Below, piece by piece: positions 1-9,235 of a stretch of 64,000 bases of DNA. Source of the DNA: Vicinamibacterales bacterium. Lineage in GTDB: Bacteria; Acidobacteriota; Vicinamibacteria; Vicinamibacterales; UBA8438. A program made the position numbers and the translations under genes. How positions within the stretch are numbered: position 1 is the stretch's first letter; each line of letters opens with the position of its first letter. The notes beneath the pieces were generated by a model. It saw nothing but the letters and a program-made list of their open reading frames with translations. It did not search any database and had not been told where the DNA came from. The stretch covers positions 3,949,855-4,013,854 of the forward strand of contig CBDBMZ010000003.1 of NCBI GenBank assembly GCA_965207615.1, in the 5' to 3' direction.

Positions 1-1032
1 GCCTCGCGGCTCTCGTTCTTCCTGTGGAGCAGCATTCCCGACGACGAGCTCGTCGACCTGGCGGCGCGCGGCGAGTTGCGCGCGCCCGGCATCCTCGAGG
101 GACAGGTTCGCCGTCTGCTCGCCGATCCGCGCGCCCGGGCGCTGGTCGAGAACTTCGCGGGGCAGTGGCTCTATCTGCGCAACCTGCCCAGCGTGGCCCC
201 CGACGCGGGCCGGTTCCCCGAGTTCGACGACAACCTCCGGCAGGCACTCCGGCAGGAGACCGAGCTGTTCGTGGGGAGCCAGATCCGCGAGGACCGCGGC
301 GTGCTCGACCTCCTGCGCGCCGACTACACGTTCATCAACGAACGGCTGGCCCGGCACTACGGCATCCCCGGGGTCTACGGCAGCCACTTCAGGCGGGTGT
401 CGTACCGGGACGACCGCCGCGCCGGCCTCCTGGGCCACGGCAGCCTGCTCACGGTGACCTCCTATCCCCACCGCACCTCGCCGGTGCTGCGCGGCAAGTG
501 GCTGCTCGAGAACCTGCTGGGGGCGCCGCCGCCCCCGCCGCCGCCGGACATCCCCGAGCTCGACGAGCCCGGCGAGCAGGCGGCGCCGGCGACGATGCGC
601 GAGCGGATGGCACGGCACCGGGCGAGCCCCGCCTGCGCGACCTGCCACGCCAAGATCGACCCGCTGGGGTTCGCCCTCGAGAACTTCGACGCGGTGGGCC
701 GGTGGCGGGCTCGGGAGGATAGTGCAGACACGCCGATCGACGCCTCCGGCGCGCTGCCCGACGGCGCCCCCTTCGACGGCCCCGCCGCGTTCCGCGAGGC
801 GCTGCTGCGCGAGCCCTGGGCCACCGAGTTCGTGACCACGGTCGCCGAGAAGCTGCTGACGTATGCCCTCGGCCGGGGACTCGAGCACCACGACGCGCCG
901 GCCGTGCGCCACATCCTGCGAGACGCCGAGCCCGGCGGCTACCGCTGGTCGTCGTTGATTCTGGGCATCGTCGAGAGCGTGCCGTTCCAGATGCGGCGTG
1001 CACCGGAAGCGGGCGACGCCCGCGGGCAGTAG
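1..1032 (+). CDS. DUF1592/DUF1588/DUF1585-family protein, C-terminal part (5' end outside window)
   Basis: Frame 1 is open from nt 1 (ASRLSFFLWSSIPDDELV...) to TAG 1030-1032. It is collinear with the C-terminal third of the full-length paralog at 11599-14052. Shared blocks include LVENFAGQWLYLRNL, TSPVLRGKWLLENLLGAPPPPPPPD and CHAKIDPLGFALENFDAVGRWR. Confidence 0.85.
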   Translation, partial: ASRLSFFLWSSIPDDELVDLAARGELRAPGILEGQVRRLLADPRARALVENFAGQWLYLRNLPSVAPDAGRFPEFDDNLRQALRQETELFVGSQIREDRGVLDLLRADYTFINERLARHYGIPGVYGSHFRRVSYRDDRRAGLLGHGSLLTVTSYPHRTSPVLRGKWLLENLLGAPPPPPPPDIPELDEPGEQAAPATMRERMARHRASPACATCHAKIDPLGFALENFDAVGRWRAREDSADTPIDASGALPDGAPFDGPAAFREALLREPWATEFVTTVAEKLLTYALGRGLEHHDAPAVRHILRDAEPGGYRWSSLILGIVESVPFQMRRAPEAGDARGQ

Positions 1033-1226
1033 CAGCAGTCCGCCCCGAGCACGGGTGCCGCCTCTTGGCGGAGACGCCGACGCACCGGAGGACCGGAGCC
1101 ACGGGCGGCGATTGCCGGGCGAGGCGTCCGCGCCGAGAACGGCGCGGACTGCGGTAGGATCGGTTGGGCGGCAGCGCCGCGAGCGGAGCCGCAGCCGACG
1201 ATTGCTCGGGCGAGGGAGCCTGGACC

Positions 1227-2585
1227 ATGACGATGATCACCAAGAAGACGCTGCCCCGCCGCACCGTGCTCCGCGGCCTCGGCGCCTCGCTCTCGTTGCC
1301 GCTCCTCGACGGCATGGTGCCGGCCCTTGCCGCGACACGCAACACCGCGGCCAACCCGGTGCGGCGCTTCGGCGCCGTCTATGTTCCCAACGGGGTCGAG
1401 ATGCGCGCGTGGACCCCGCCGGGCGAGGCCGGCCCGCTCGAGCTCACCCCCGTCCTCCAGCCGCTCGCCTCGGTGAGGGAGCAGGTGAACGTGCTGAGCG
1501 GCCTTGCCGACAAGGTCGCCATCCCACGCGAGGGCGAGGGCGTCGGCGACCACGCCCGCGCCGCGTCGACGTGGCTGACCGGCGTGCACGTGAAGAAGAC
1601 GGAGGGCGCCGACATCCGAGCCGGCACCTCGATGGACCAGATCGCTGCGCGCGCGTTCGGACAGGAAACCCAGCTCACGTCGCTCGAGCTCGCCATCGAC
1701 TCGGTCGAGGTGCTCGGGGCCTGCGACCAGGGCTACAGCTGCGCCTACGTCAACACCATCGCGTGGCGCACCCCGACCACCCCGCTCCCGATGGAGAACA
1801 ACCCCCGCGCCGTCTTCGAGCGGCTGTTCGGGGCCACCGACAGCACCGACGTCGAGGCGCGGCTCGCCCGCCTGCGGCAGGACCGCAGCATCCTCGACTT
1901 CGTCACCGGCGAGGCCGACGCCCTCCGCCGCGCCCTCGGGGCCGGCGACCGCCTCAAGCTGGCCCAGTACCTCGACGCGGTGCGCGACGTCGAGCGCCGC
2001 ATCCAGAAGGCCGAGGAGCAGAGCGACCGCGAGATCCCCGTCGTCGAGCAGCCTGTGGGCATCCCCGACACCTTCGAGGAGCACTGCCGGCTGATGTTCG
2101 ACCTGCTGCTCCTCGCTTACCAGACCGACCTGACGCGGGTCAGCACGTTCATGTTCGGCAAGGAGGTCAGCGGCCGGTCGTTCCCCGAGATCGGGGTCCC
2201 CGGCGGCCACCACGGTTACTCGCACCACCAGAACGACCCCGAGAACCTCGCGATGCTCGCCCGCATCAACACCCACCACATCCGGCAGTTCGCGTACTTC
2301 CTCGAGAAGATGCAGGCGACCCCCGACGGCGACGGCTCGCTGCTCGACCACTCGCTGTTCATCTACGGGTCGGGCATCAGCGACGGCAACCTCCACTTCC
2401 ACCTCGACCTGCCGACCCTGCTCGCGGGGGGCGCGGCGGGACGGGTCCGGGGCGGGCGCCATCTGCGCTATCCGTCCGACACCCCCGTCGCCAACCTGCA
2501 CGTTGCGGTCCTCGACAAGCTGGGGCTGCCGGTGGAGGCCTTCGGCGACAGCACCGGGGCACTGGGGTACCTCTCGGACGTGTGA
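1227..2585 (+). CDS. DUF1552 domain-containing protein with twin-arginine-type signal
   Basis: ATG at 1227. The N-terminus MTMITKKTLPRRTVLRGLGASLSLPLLDGM is Tat-like. It is a collinear paralog of 10005-11348 and sits directly after a DUF1592-family gene, as in the second pair. Confidence 0.9.
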   Translation: MTMITKKTLPRRTVLRGLGASLSLPLLDGMVPALAATRNTAANPVRRFGAVYVPNGVEMRAWTPPGEAGPLELTPVLQPLASVREQVNVLSGLADKVAIPREGEGVGDHARAASTWLTGVHVKKTEGADIRAGTSMDQIAARAFGQETQLTSLELAIDSVEVLGACDQGYSCAYVNTIAWRTPTTPLPMENNPRAVFERLFGATDSTDVEARLARLRQDRSILDFVTGEADALRRALGAGDRLKLAQYLDAVRDVERRIQKAEEQSDREIPVVEQPVGIPDTFEEHCRLMFDLLLLAYQTDLTRVSTFMFGKEVSGRSFPEIGVPGGHHGYSHHQNDPENLAMLARINTHHIRQFAYFLEKMQATPDGDGSLLDHSLFIYGSGISDGNLHFHLDLPTLLAGGAAGRVRGGRHLRYPSDTPVANLHVAVLDKLGLPVEAFGDSTGALGYLSDV

Positions 2586-5278
2586 CGGGGAAGCTGCGCC
2601 GCCTGCCGCGGTCGAACGGTTCCCGGCACCGCGGCCGGCTGGCCGGCCTCGTCTTCCTGTCCGGCGCGGCCAGCCTCGTCTACGAGGTGCTCTGGCTCAA
2701 GGAGCTGAGCCTGCTGTTCGGGAGCAGCGCGTACGCGGCCTCCACGACGCTCGCCGTCTTCTTCCTGGGCCTCGCCGTCGGTAGCGCGGCGTTCGGCCGC
2801 TGGTCGCCGCGGCTGCGCTCGCCCCTGCGGGCCTATGCCTGGATCGAGCTGGGCATCGCGGCGTCGGCGGTGCTGTACTTCGGGCTGCTCGAGGTCTACT
2901 TCCAGCTCTACGGTCCCGTCTACGACGCGCTCGCCGACCGGCCCGCCGCCTTCAACGCGTTCAGGGTCGCCCTGGCGACGCTGATGCTCCTGCCCCCGGC
3001 CGCCCTCATGGGCGGCACGCTGCCGGTCCTGGGCCAGCACCTGGTGCGGCAGCCGGACCAGCTCGGCCGGTACGGATCGCTGCTGTACGCGGTCAACACC
3101 ATCGGCGCGGCTGCCGGCGCGTTCCTCGCCGGATTCGTGCTGCCCCTCGCGCTCGGCTTCGACCGGGCGTACCTGCTGGCCATGGCCCTCAACGTGGCCG
3201 TCGCCGGCCTCGCTTGGCGGCTGTCGCAGGTCGAAGGGTTCGAACCCGCACAGGATCCTCGACGTCCAGAACATGCTCCGGAGCGTCAACGGTGGTCGCA
3301 GGTCGAAGGGCGCGGAGCCGCACGGGCTCCGGACGTCCCGGCCGACCGGCGCCGGCAACCGGACCGGCGCGCCCGAGTCTCGCGGAGCCGGCCGCCGGCC
3401 GATGCCGTGGCCGGCGCGCCCGGCGCCGCGTGGCTACTCGCCGCCGTCGCCGGCCTCTCCGGCATGTTCGCGCTCGGGCTCGAGGTGCTCTGGACGCGAA
3501 TGTTCGCCCAGGTCCTGCAGAACTCGGTCTACACCTTCTCGACTGTCCTCGTGGTGTTCCTGGCCGCGCTGGCCGCCGGCTCGGCCATCGCGAACCGCCT
3601 CTGCCGCGTACGGGCGGCGCCGGCGCGAGTGCTGTGGATGCTCCTCACGTTGTCGGGGCTCGGCGTCGCGGCCACGCCCTTCGCCTTCCACCACCTGACC
3701 GCCGGGCTCACCACCCTGAGCACGGGTGACGGCTGGCTCCCCTACGTCGCCTCGATCTTCGCGAACACGATGCTGCTGCTGTTCGTGCCCACGGCCCTGC
3801 TGGGCGCCCTCTTCCCCTACCTGCTGCGCGCCGCGGAAGGGTCGCCGGCCGCGCCGGGCGCCGTCATCGGACGCCTCGGCGCCCTCAACACGGCGGGCGG
3901 CGTGGTCGGCGCCCTCGCCGCCGGGTTCGTGCTGCTCGGGTCGATCGGGCTCTGGAACAGCGTGCGGCTCATCGCCGCCGGCTACCTCGTCCTGGCCCTG
4001 GCGTCCGCCTGGCGCGGGTGGACGACGCCTCGCACGCGGCTCGCGCCGGCCGCGGCCACCCTCGGCGCCCTCGCCCTGCTCGGCACCGCGCTAGACGCCT
4101 CGCGCCTGACCGTCGTCGACGTGGACGCGGACCGCGGCGAAGCGCTGCTCGCCACGTGGGAGGGCCCCGACGGCGTCGTCGCCGTCATCGAGCGTGCCGG
4201 AAACCGGCGCATCGAGATGAACAACTTCTACACGCTGGGCGGGACGGGCGCCATCGAGCCGGAGCAGAACCAGGCCCTGCTGCCCCTGATGACGCACCCC
4301 GACCCGCGCCGGGTCTTCCTCCTCGGCCTCGGAACCGGCATCACCGCGGGGACCGCGCTACGGCACCCGGTCGAGCGGCTCCTCGTCTGCGAGATCGCGC
4401 CCGACGTCATCGCGGCGGCCGAGACGTACTTCAACCGGCCGAGCGGCGGGCTCTTCACCGATCCCCGGGCCTCGGTCCGCGCCTGCGACGCCCGCAATCA
4501 CCTGCTGGGCACGACGGAGCGCTACGACGTGATCATCGCCGACCTGTTCGTTCCCTGGCGGGCCGGCGTCGGCAACCTCTACAGCCGCGAGCACTTCGAA
4601 GCGGCCCGCGACCGGCTCACGGTCGAGGGGCTCTTCGTCCAGTGGCTGCCGCTCTTTCAGGTGTCCCGCCGCGAGTTCGACCTGGTGGCGCGCACGATGC
4701 TGGCCGTCTTCGAGCAGGTGACGCTGTGGCGCGGCACGTTCAGCCCGTCGACCCCGTTCGTGGCGCTCGTCGGCTCGGCGGAGCCGACCCGGCTCGACCC
4801 GATGGTGATCGAACGCAACGGGCGGCACCTGAGCGGAGGGGCGCCGCTGCCCGACGCCACCGCGCTCGCGGTCACCCTTCCGTTCTACGCGGGAAACCTG
4901 TCGGAGGCCGAGGGGCTGATTCCGCCCGGGCCCGTCAACACCGACGACCGGCCCCTCGTCGAGTACCTGGCGCCGGTGACCCAACGCGAGGAACGCGCGG
5001 GGACGACGGGATGGTTCGACTCCACCGAGCTGGCGGCCTTCCTCCGGCGCCTGGCGGCGTCGGCGCCGCCGGCGCGCGACCCGCACCTGGCCCTGCTGAC
5101 CGCCGCACAGCGCGACTTCGTGACGGCCGGCCTGAGCTACTACCAGGGGGCGGTGGCCAGCCGACTCGGGCAGGACGCCGAGGCCGACCGCCACTTCCGC
5201 GACTTCGCGCGCCGCATCCCCATCGAGTTCCGCCCGCCGATCGACGAGGGAGACCCTGACGCCGACGTCGTCCCGTAG
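2582..5278 (+). CDS. Fused polytopic membrane (MFS-like) / spermidine-synthase-like protein
   Basis: GTG 2582 overlaps the upstream stop (GTGTGA, stop 2583-2585). There are two hydrophobic multi-TM modules separated by an Arg/Pro-rich linker. The C-terminal domain carries a class-I SAM/polyamine-synthase-type motif (VFLLGLGTGITAG ... DVIIADLF ... LYSREHF). Confidence 0.8.
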   Translation: MTGKLRRLPRSNGSRHRGRLAGLVFLSGAASLVYEVLWLKELSLLFGSSAYAASTTLAVFFLGLAVGSAAFGRWSPRLRSPLRAYAWIELGIAASAVLYFGLLEVYFQLYGPVYDALADRPAAFNAFRVALATLMLLPPAALMGGTLPVLGQHLVRQPDQLGRYGSLLYAVNTIGAAAGAFLAGFVLPLALGFDRAYLLAMALNVAVAGLAWRLSQVEGFEPAQDPRRPEHAPERQRWSQVEGRGAARAPDVPADRRRQPDRRARVSRSRPPADAVAGAPGAAWLLAAVAGLSGMFALGLEVLWTRMFAQVLQNSVYTFSTVLVVFLAALAAGSAIANRLCRVRAAPARVLWMLLTLSGLGVAATPFAFHHLTAGLTTLSTGDGWLPYVASIFANTMLLLFVPTALLGALFPYLLRAAEGSPAAPGAVIGRLGALNTAGGVVGALAAGFVLLGSIGLWNSVRLIAAGYLVLALASAWRGWTTPRTRLAPAAATLGALALLGTALDASRLTVVDVDADRGEALLATWEGPDGVVAVIERAGNRRIEMNNFYTLGGTGAIEPEQNQALLPLMTHPDPRRVFLLGLGTGITAGTALRHPVERLLVCEIAPDVIAAAETYFNRPSGGLFTDPRASVRACDARNHLLGTTERYDVIIADLFVPWRAGVGNLYSREHFEAARDRLTVEGLFVQWLPLFQVSRREFDLVARTMLAVFEQVTLWRGTFSPSTPFVALVGSAEPTRLDPMVIERNGRHLSGGAPLPDATALAVTLPFYAGNLSEAEGLIPPGPVNTDDRPLVEYLAPVTQREERAGTTGWFDSTELAAFLRRLAASAPPARDPHLALLTAAQRDFVTAGLSYYQGAVASRLGQDAEADRHFRDFARRIPIEFRPPIDEGDPDADVVP

Positions 5279-5343
5279 CCTGGCCGCCTCGATGCGGGGA
5301 CGGGTATAGTGAAGTCTCGTAACCTTGCTTCCTGGAACCCCGG

Positions 5344-5568
5344 ATGCTGGCGAAGCTGACCTCCAAGAACCAGTTGACCCTCCCCAAGACGGTGATCTCC
5401 GACTTCCCGAACACCCGCTACTTGGACGTCACGCAAGAGGACGGCCGGATGGTGCTAACGCCCGTGCGCATCGGTCAGGCCGACGCCGTGCGCAGGAAGA
5501 TGGCCGAGCTGGGTCTGTCTGAAGACGACGTGGCGGCGGCGGTGACCTGGGCCCGGCGGGGTGAATGA
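5344..5568 (+). CDS. AbrB/MazE/SpoVT-family antitoxin
   Basis: ATG at 5344. The 74-aa product MLAKLTSKNQLTLPKTVISDF...DGRMVLTPVR shows the swapped-hairpin SpoVT/AbrB signature. The stop overlaps the ATG of a PIN-like stub (ATGA). Confidence 0.8.
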   Translation: MLAKLTSKNQLTLPKTVISDFPNTRYLDVTQEDGRMVLTPVRIGQADAVRRKMAELGLSEDDVAAAVTWARRGE

Positions 5569-5693
5569 CACCGCCGCGCGTGGTGCTCGATACCAGCGTG
5601 TTTGGCGTCGCGGGCCGCGCCGCAGGGCCGGGCAACCGTGCGCCGCTTCACTCGACGGCGTCGAGGAGGGCGGCCGTGTCGTCGGCGTCGTTG
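5565..5693 (+). pseudogene. Truncated PIN-domain (VapC-like) toxin remnant, 42 codons
   Basis: ATG 5565 overlaps the antitoxin stop (ATGA). My translation, MTPPRVVLDTSVFGVAGRAAG..., begins with the canonical PIN N-terminal motif (hydrophobic-LDT-S-V) but stops after 42 codons. It runs into the 3' end of the convergent gene at 5648. Confidence 0.35.
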
Positions 5694-6796
5694 TAGAGGT
5701 GGGGCGCGACGCGGATGGCGTCGCCGCGGAACGACACCGCGACCTGCCGCTCGCGCAGGCGCTCGACGAGCCGCGCCCGGTCGACGGACTCGCGCACCCG
5801 CACCCCGAAGAGATGGCCCCCGCACCAGCGCGGCTCCTCCACCCGGTGCCCGCGCTCGCGCAGGGTCCGGGCCAGCGGCCCCGTCAGTGCGCGGCAGTAG
5901 TCCTGGATGGCGGGGACCGTCCACTCGAGGACGAGCTCGAGGGCCGCGACGAGCATGGGCAGCAGCACGAAGTTCGAGCGCTCGCCGACGTCGTAGCGGA
6001 GAGCCGCGGGCTGGTACTCGTCGCGGTAGCGCACGAGCTCGGCGAACGCCTCGCTGCCGCGGCGGGTGATCCAGTTCTCCTCGATCGGCGTGCCCTGATC
6101 GAAGGCGGGTCCGTAGTAGGCCAGCCCCGTCGAGTAGGGGCCGAGCAGCCACTTGTAGCCGGCGCAGACGAGGGCGTCGGGGCGGACGCGCTGGACGTCG
6201 AACGGCATCGCCCCCACCGACTGCGTCCCGTCGACGGCCAGCAGGGCGCCGCAGTCGCGGGCGCGCTCGCCGACCCGCTCGAGGTCGAACAGGGTGCCGT
6301 CGGCCCAGTGCACGTTGGGGACTGAGACGAGGGCGGTGCGGCGGTCGATGCTCGAGAGCAGCCGGATGTTCCACTCGAGGGCCCGGCCGCGGGTGTCCCG
6401 CGCCGGCGCCTCGACGGTGCGAAGCTCGAGGCCGCGCTCGGCGCACAGCCGGCGCCAGACGTAGACGTTGCTGGGAAACTGCTCCTCGAGGACGACGACG
6501 TTGTCGCCGCGCGAGGCCGGGACGTTGCGGGCGACGGCGGCCAGCGCGTAGGACACGGACGGGACGATGGCCACGCGGTTCGCATCGGGGGCGTTGACGA
6601 CCCGCGAGAACAGGCAGCGCAGGTGGTCGCTCTCGTCGAAGAAGTCCTCGGGGCGGATGAGGTGCGGGGCCGTCCGCCGGTCGATGCCCCGGATGCCGGC
6701 GGCGCGGACGGCAGTGGCGAGCGGGGCCATGTACGCGCAGTTCAGATAGTGGACGCCGTCGGGTAGGGTGAACGCGGAACGCTGGCAGGAGAGCAT
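5648..6796 (-). CDS. Aminotransferase class V-fold PLP-dependent enzyme
   Basis: ATG at 6796 (MLSCQRSAFTLPDGVHYLNCAYMAP...). The class V fold pattern includes a probable PLP-lysine in CAGYKWLLGPYSTG. The upstream part of the 577-aa track ORF is Arg/Ala-rich junk. Confidence 0.85.
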   Translation of the reverse strand: MLSCQRSAFTLPDGVHYLNCAYMAPLATAVRAAGIRGIDRRTAPHLIRPEDFFDESDHLRCLFSRVVNAPDANRVAIVPSVSYALAAVARNVPASRGDNVVVLEEQFPSNVYVWRRLCAERGLELRTVEAPARDTRGRALEWNIRLLSSIDRRTALVSVPNVHWADGTLFDLERVGERARDCGALLAVDGTQSVGAMPFDVQRVRPDALVCAGYKWLLGPYSTGLAYYGPAFDQGTPIEENWITRRGSEAFAELVRYRDEYQPAALRYDVGERSNFVLLPMLVAALELVLEWTVPAIQDYCRALTGPLARTLRERGHRVEEPRWCGGHLFGVRVRESVDRARLVERLRERQVAVSFRGDAIRVAPHLYNDADDTAALLDAVE

Positions 6797-6885
6797 GGCG
6801 TAGCCCGGAGAGTGTCGCCCGTCGGCTCCACTTGCCGCCCGATCGGGCCGCCGGGCGTCCGCACCCTTCCCGGCGCAGACGACCG

Positions 6886-6967
6886 GCCCGCCCACCGTGG
6901 CCTTCGGCGCCGCTGGGCGCCCAACCAACCCTGCAGGCGTCCGCCGTTCTACGGCGCGGACGCCTGG
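6886..6967 (+). repeat. Structured ~84-nt interspersed repeat, copy 1
   Basis: The core is CCGCCCAcCGTgGCCTTCGGCgCCGCTGGGCGCCCAACCAACCCTGCAGG followed by the hairpin CAGGCGTCCGC...GCGGACGCCTG. It aligns with the copies at 16111-16193 (reverse) and 29245-29328. Confidence 0.7.
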
Positions 6968-7142
6968 CCGGCCGGCGGCGAGGAGGGTTGTCGACGTCGA
7001 CTCGCCGACGGCGACGAGACGGGCCCGTGGTTCCCTTCCCTGGACACGGCAGGGTATTGTCGTCAGGACCCTGATCCGAGTATAGACAGGGCCGGCGAAA
7101 CCCCACAAGGGCGGGGGCCGGACCGAGGGAGAGGAGGCGTCG

Positions 7143-8468
7143 ATGACCATACTCGCAGGGAGGTTGATTGGCCAAGGGCGTGGCGCGTGGCGCGGCTGCG
7201 CGGCACTGGCCGGGCTGATGCTGCTCGGCGCCGCGCCCGCGGCCCGGTCCCTGGCCGCCCCGCCCGCGGCCGGAACCCAGGTCCGGGAGACGGAGGCGGC
7301 CCTCGTGGCGCGGGCGCGCGCCATCCACGAGCGGGTGCTGACCATCGACACCCACGACGACATTCCCCTCGACTTCGCCACCGCGGACGTCGACCCCGGC
7401 GTGCGCGGCGCACGCCAGGTCGACCTACCGAAGATGGAGGAGGGCGGGCTCGACGCCGGGTTCTTCGTCGTCTACGTGGGGCAGACGGAGCGGACGCCGG
7501 AGAACGAGGCGCAGGCGAAGGCCGACGCGATGACGAAGTTCGAGGCCATCCGCCGCATGGCCGAACAGATGTACCCGGACCGCATCGCCATCGCCTACGC
7601 CGCCGACGACTTCGAGCGCATCGCCGCGAGCGGCCGGTCCGTCGCGGCCATCGGCATCGAGAACGGCTGGGTCATCGGGCGCGACCTGACCCTCATGGAG
7701 ACCTACTACGACCTCGGCGCCCGCTACTTCGGCCTCGTCCACAACGGGCACAACGACATCGCCGACTCCGCCACCCCCCGGCCGAACCTCGGCGACGCCC
7801 CGGCCGAGCACGGCGGCCTCAGCGCCTTCGGGGCCGAGGTCGTCGCCGAGGCGAACCGCCTGGGCATGATGCTCGACGTCTCGCACGCCTCTAGGGCGGC
7901 CATGCTCGACACGGTCCGGCTGTCGCGGGCGCCGGTCATCGCCTCGCACTCCAGCGTCCGGGTCCTCGCCGACAACCCGCGCAACCTCGACGACGAGCAG
8001 CTCCTGGCCCTCCGCGACAACGGCGGGGTCATGCACACGGTGGCCCTCGGCGCCTTCGTCAGCAACGCGGCGGGGGCGCGCGACGACGCCATCCGGGCCC
8101 TGCGGGCGGACGTCGGGCTGCCGCGGTTCGGCCCGGCCGATCCGGCCGACCTCGACGGGGCGGCCCGCGCCGAGTACGACCGCCGGTCGGCGGCGATCGA
8201 CCGGCGGTGGCCGGCCGCCGACGTCGCCACGTTCGTCGACCACATCGACTACGCGGTCGAGCTGATCGGCCTCGACCACGTCGGCATCAGCTCCGACTTC
8301 GACGGCGGCGGCGGCGTCGAGGGCTGGAACCACGCCGGCGAGACCTTCAACGTCACCCTCGAGCTCGTGCGCCGCGGCTACACCGAGGCCGAGATCGCCC
8401 AGCTCTGGGGCGGGAACCTGCTGCGGGTGCTGCGCGAGGTCGAGCGGGTGGCGGCGGCCAGCCGATGA
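7143..8468 (+). CDS. Membrane dipeptidase (peptidase M19 family)
   Basis: RBS GGAGAGGAGG precedes ATG 7143 and a signal-like N-terminus follows. M19 blocks are present: IDTHDD, GLVHNGHNDIAD, DVSHAS, ASHSS. Confidence 0.9.
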   Translation: MTILAGRLIGQGRGAWRGCAALAGLMLLGAAPAARSLAAPPAAGTQVRETEAALVARARAIHERVLTIDTHDDIPLDFATADVDPGVRGARQVDLPKMEEGGLDAGFFVVYVGQTERTPENEAQAKADAMTKFEAIRRMAEQMYPDRIAIAYAADDFERIAASGRSVAAIGIENGWVIGRDLTLMETYYDLGARYFGLVHNGHNDIADSATPRPNLGDAPAEHGGLSAFGAEVVAEANRLGMMLDVSHASRAAMLDTVRLSRAPVIASHSSVRVLADNPRNLDDEQLLALRDNGGVMHTVALGAFVSNAAGARDDAIRALRADVGLPRFGPADPADLDGAARAEYDRRSAAIDRRWPAADVATFVDHIDYAVELIGLDHVGISSDFDGGGGVEGWNHAGETFNVTLELVRRGYTEAEIAQLWGGNLLRVLREVERVAAASR

Positions 8469-9133
8469 GAACGCCGGTGCGGCAAGGAGCCGAGCGGGGC
8501 GGCCGCGGGGCGGCCGAGCTCGACGCGGGGGATCGCCGCCTGTTGGCCCTCGTCGATGCAGCGACCGACCGGGCGAAAGCCGCGGCCGGGACTCATCTGG
8601 TCTGCGGGCTCGGGTGCACGCCCTGCTGCTTCGGCCCGTTCGCCATCACCCAGCTCGACGCCCGGCGCCTCCGCGAGGGGCTGCGAGCGCTGGCCGAGAC
8701 CCAGCCCGAGCGGGCCGCCGTCGTCCGCCAACGCGCCGCGTCGGCGGTGGCGCGGCAGGCGCCCGCGTTCGGCGCCGGCCACGCGGGCATCTTCGCCACG
8801 GAAGCCGACGAGGAGCGGTTCTACGAGTCCTTCGCGTCCGACCCTTGCCCCGCCCTCGATCCCGATTCCGGCGCCTGCACCGTCTACGCCTCGCGCCCCG
8901 TCGCCTGCCGCACCTACGGCCCCCCCGTGCGGATCGGCGGCGACGACCTTCCCCCTTGTCCGCTCTGCTTCAAGGGAGCCCCGAGCGTGGAGATCGAAGC
9001 GGCGCGCCAGACCATCGAGGTCGCCCACGTGGAGGACCCCTTGACCGAGCGGGTGGAGCAGGAGAGCGGCCGGCGGGGGATGACCACCATCGCCTTCGCG
9101 ATCGCCGATGCTCCACCTTGCCCGATGGAGTAA
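8465..9133 (+). CDS. YkgJ-family cysteine-cluster (CxxxCxxCC) protein
   Basis: ATG 8465 overlaps the dipeptidase stop (ATGA). Motifs are CGLGCTPCCFGPF and a downstream ACRTYGPP...CPLC cluster. Confidence 0.8.
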   Translation: MRTPVRQGAERGGRGAAELDAGDRRLLALVDAATDRAKAAAGTHLVCGLGCTPCCFGPFAITQLDARRLREGLRALAETQPERAAVVRQRAASAVARQAPAFGAGHAGIFATEADEERFYESFASDPCPALDPDSGACTVYASRPVACRTYGPPVRIGGDDLPPCPLCFKGAPSVEIEAARQTIEVAHVEDPLTERVEQESGRRGMTTIAFAIADAPPCPME

Positions 9134-9235
9134 CCGAGCTCACCCTTCGGACGGGGTTGCCGCTGCTTCGGACAGGGTTGCGCCGCAACCGAATCGCCGC
9201 GGCCCGGCGGCAGCCGATCGATGGACGTGATCGGG

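Noticed and set aside
998-2581. N-terminal 528 codons of the 1426-aa track ORF (998-5278).
   Set aside because: This part is Arg/Pro/Gly-rich with no motifs, and it overlaps the well-supported DUF1552 gene in another frame. The real gene starts at GTG 2582, coupled to the upstream stop.
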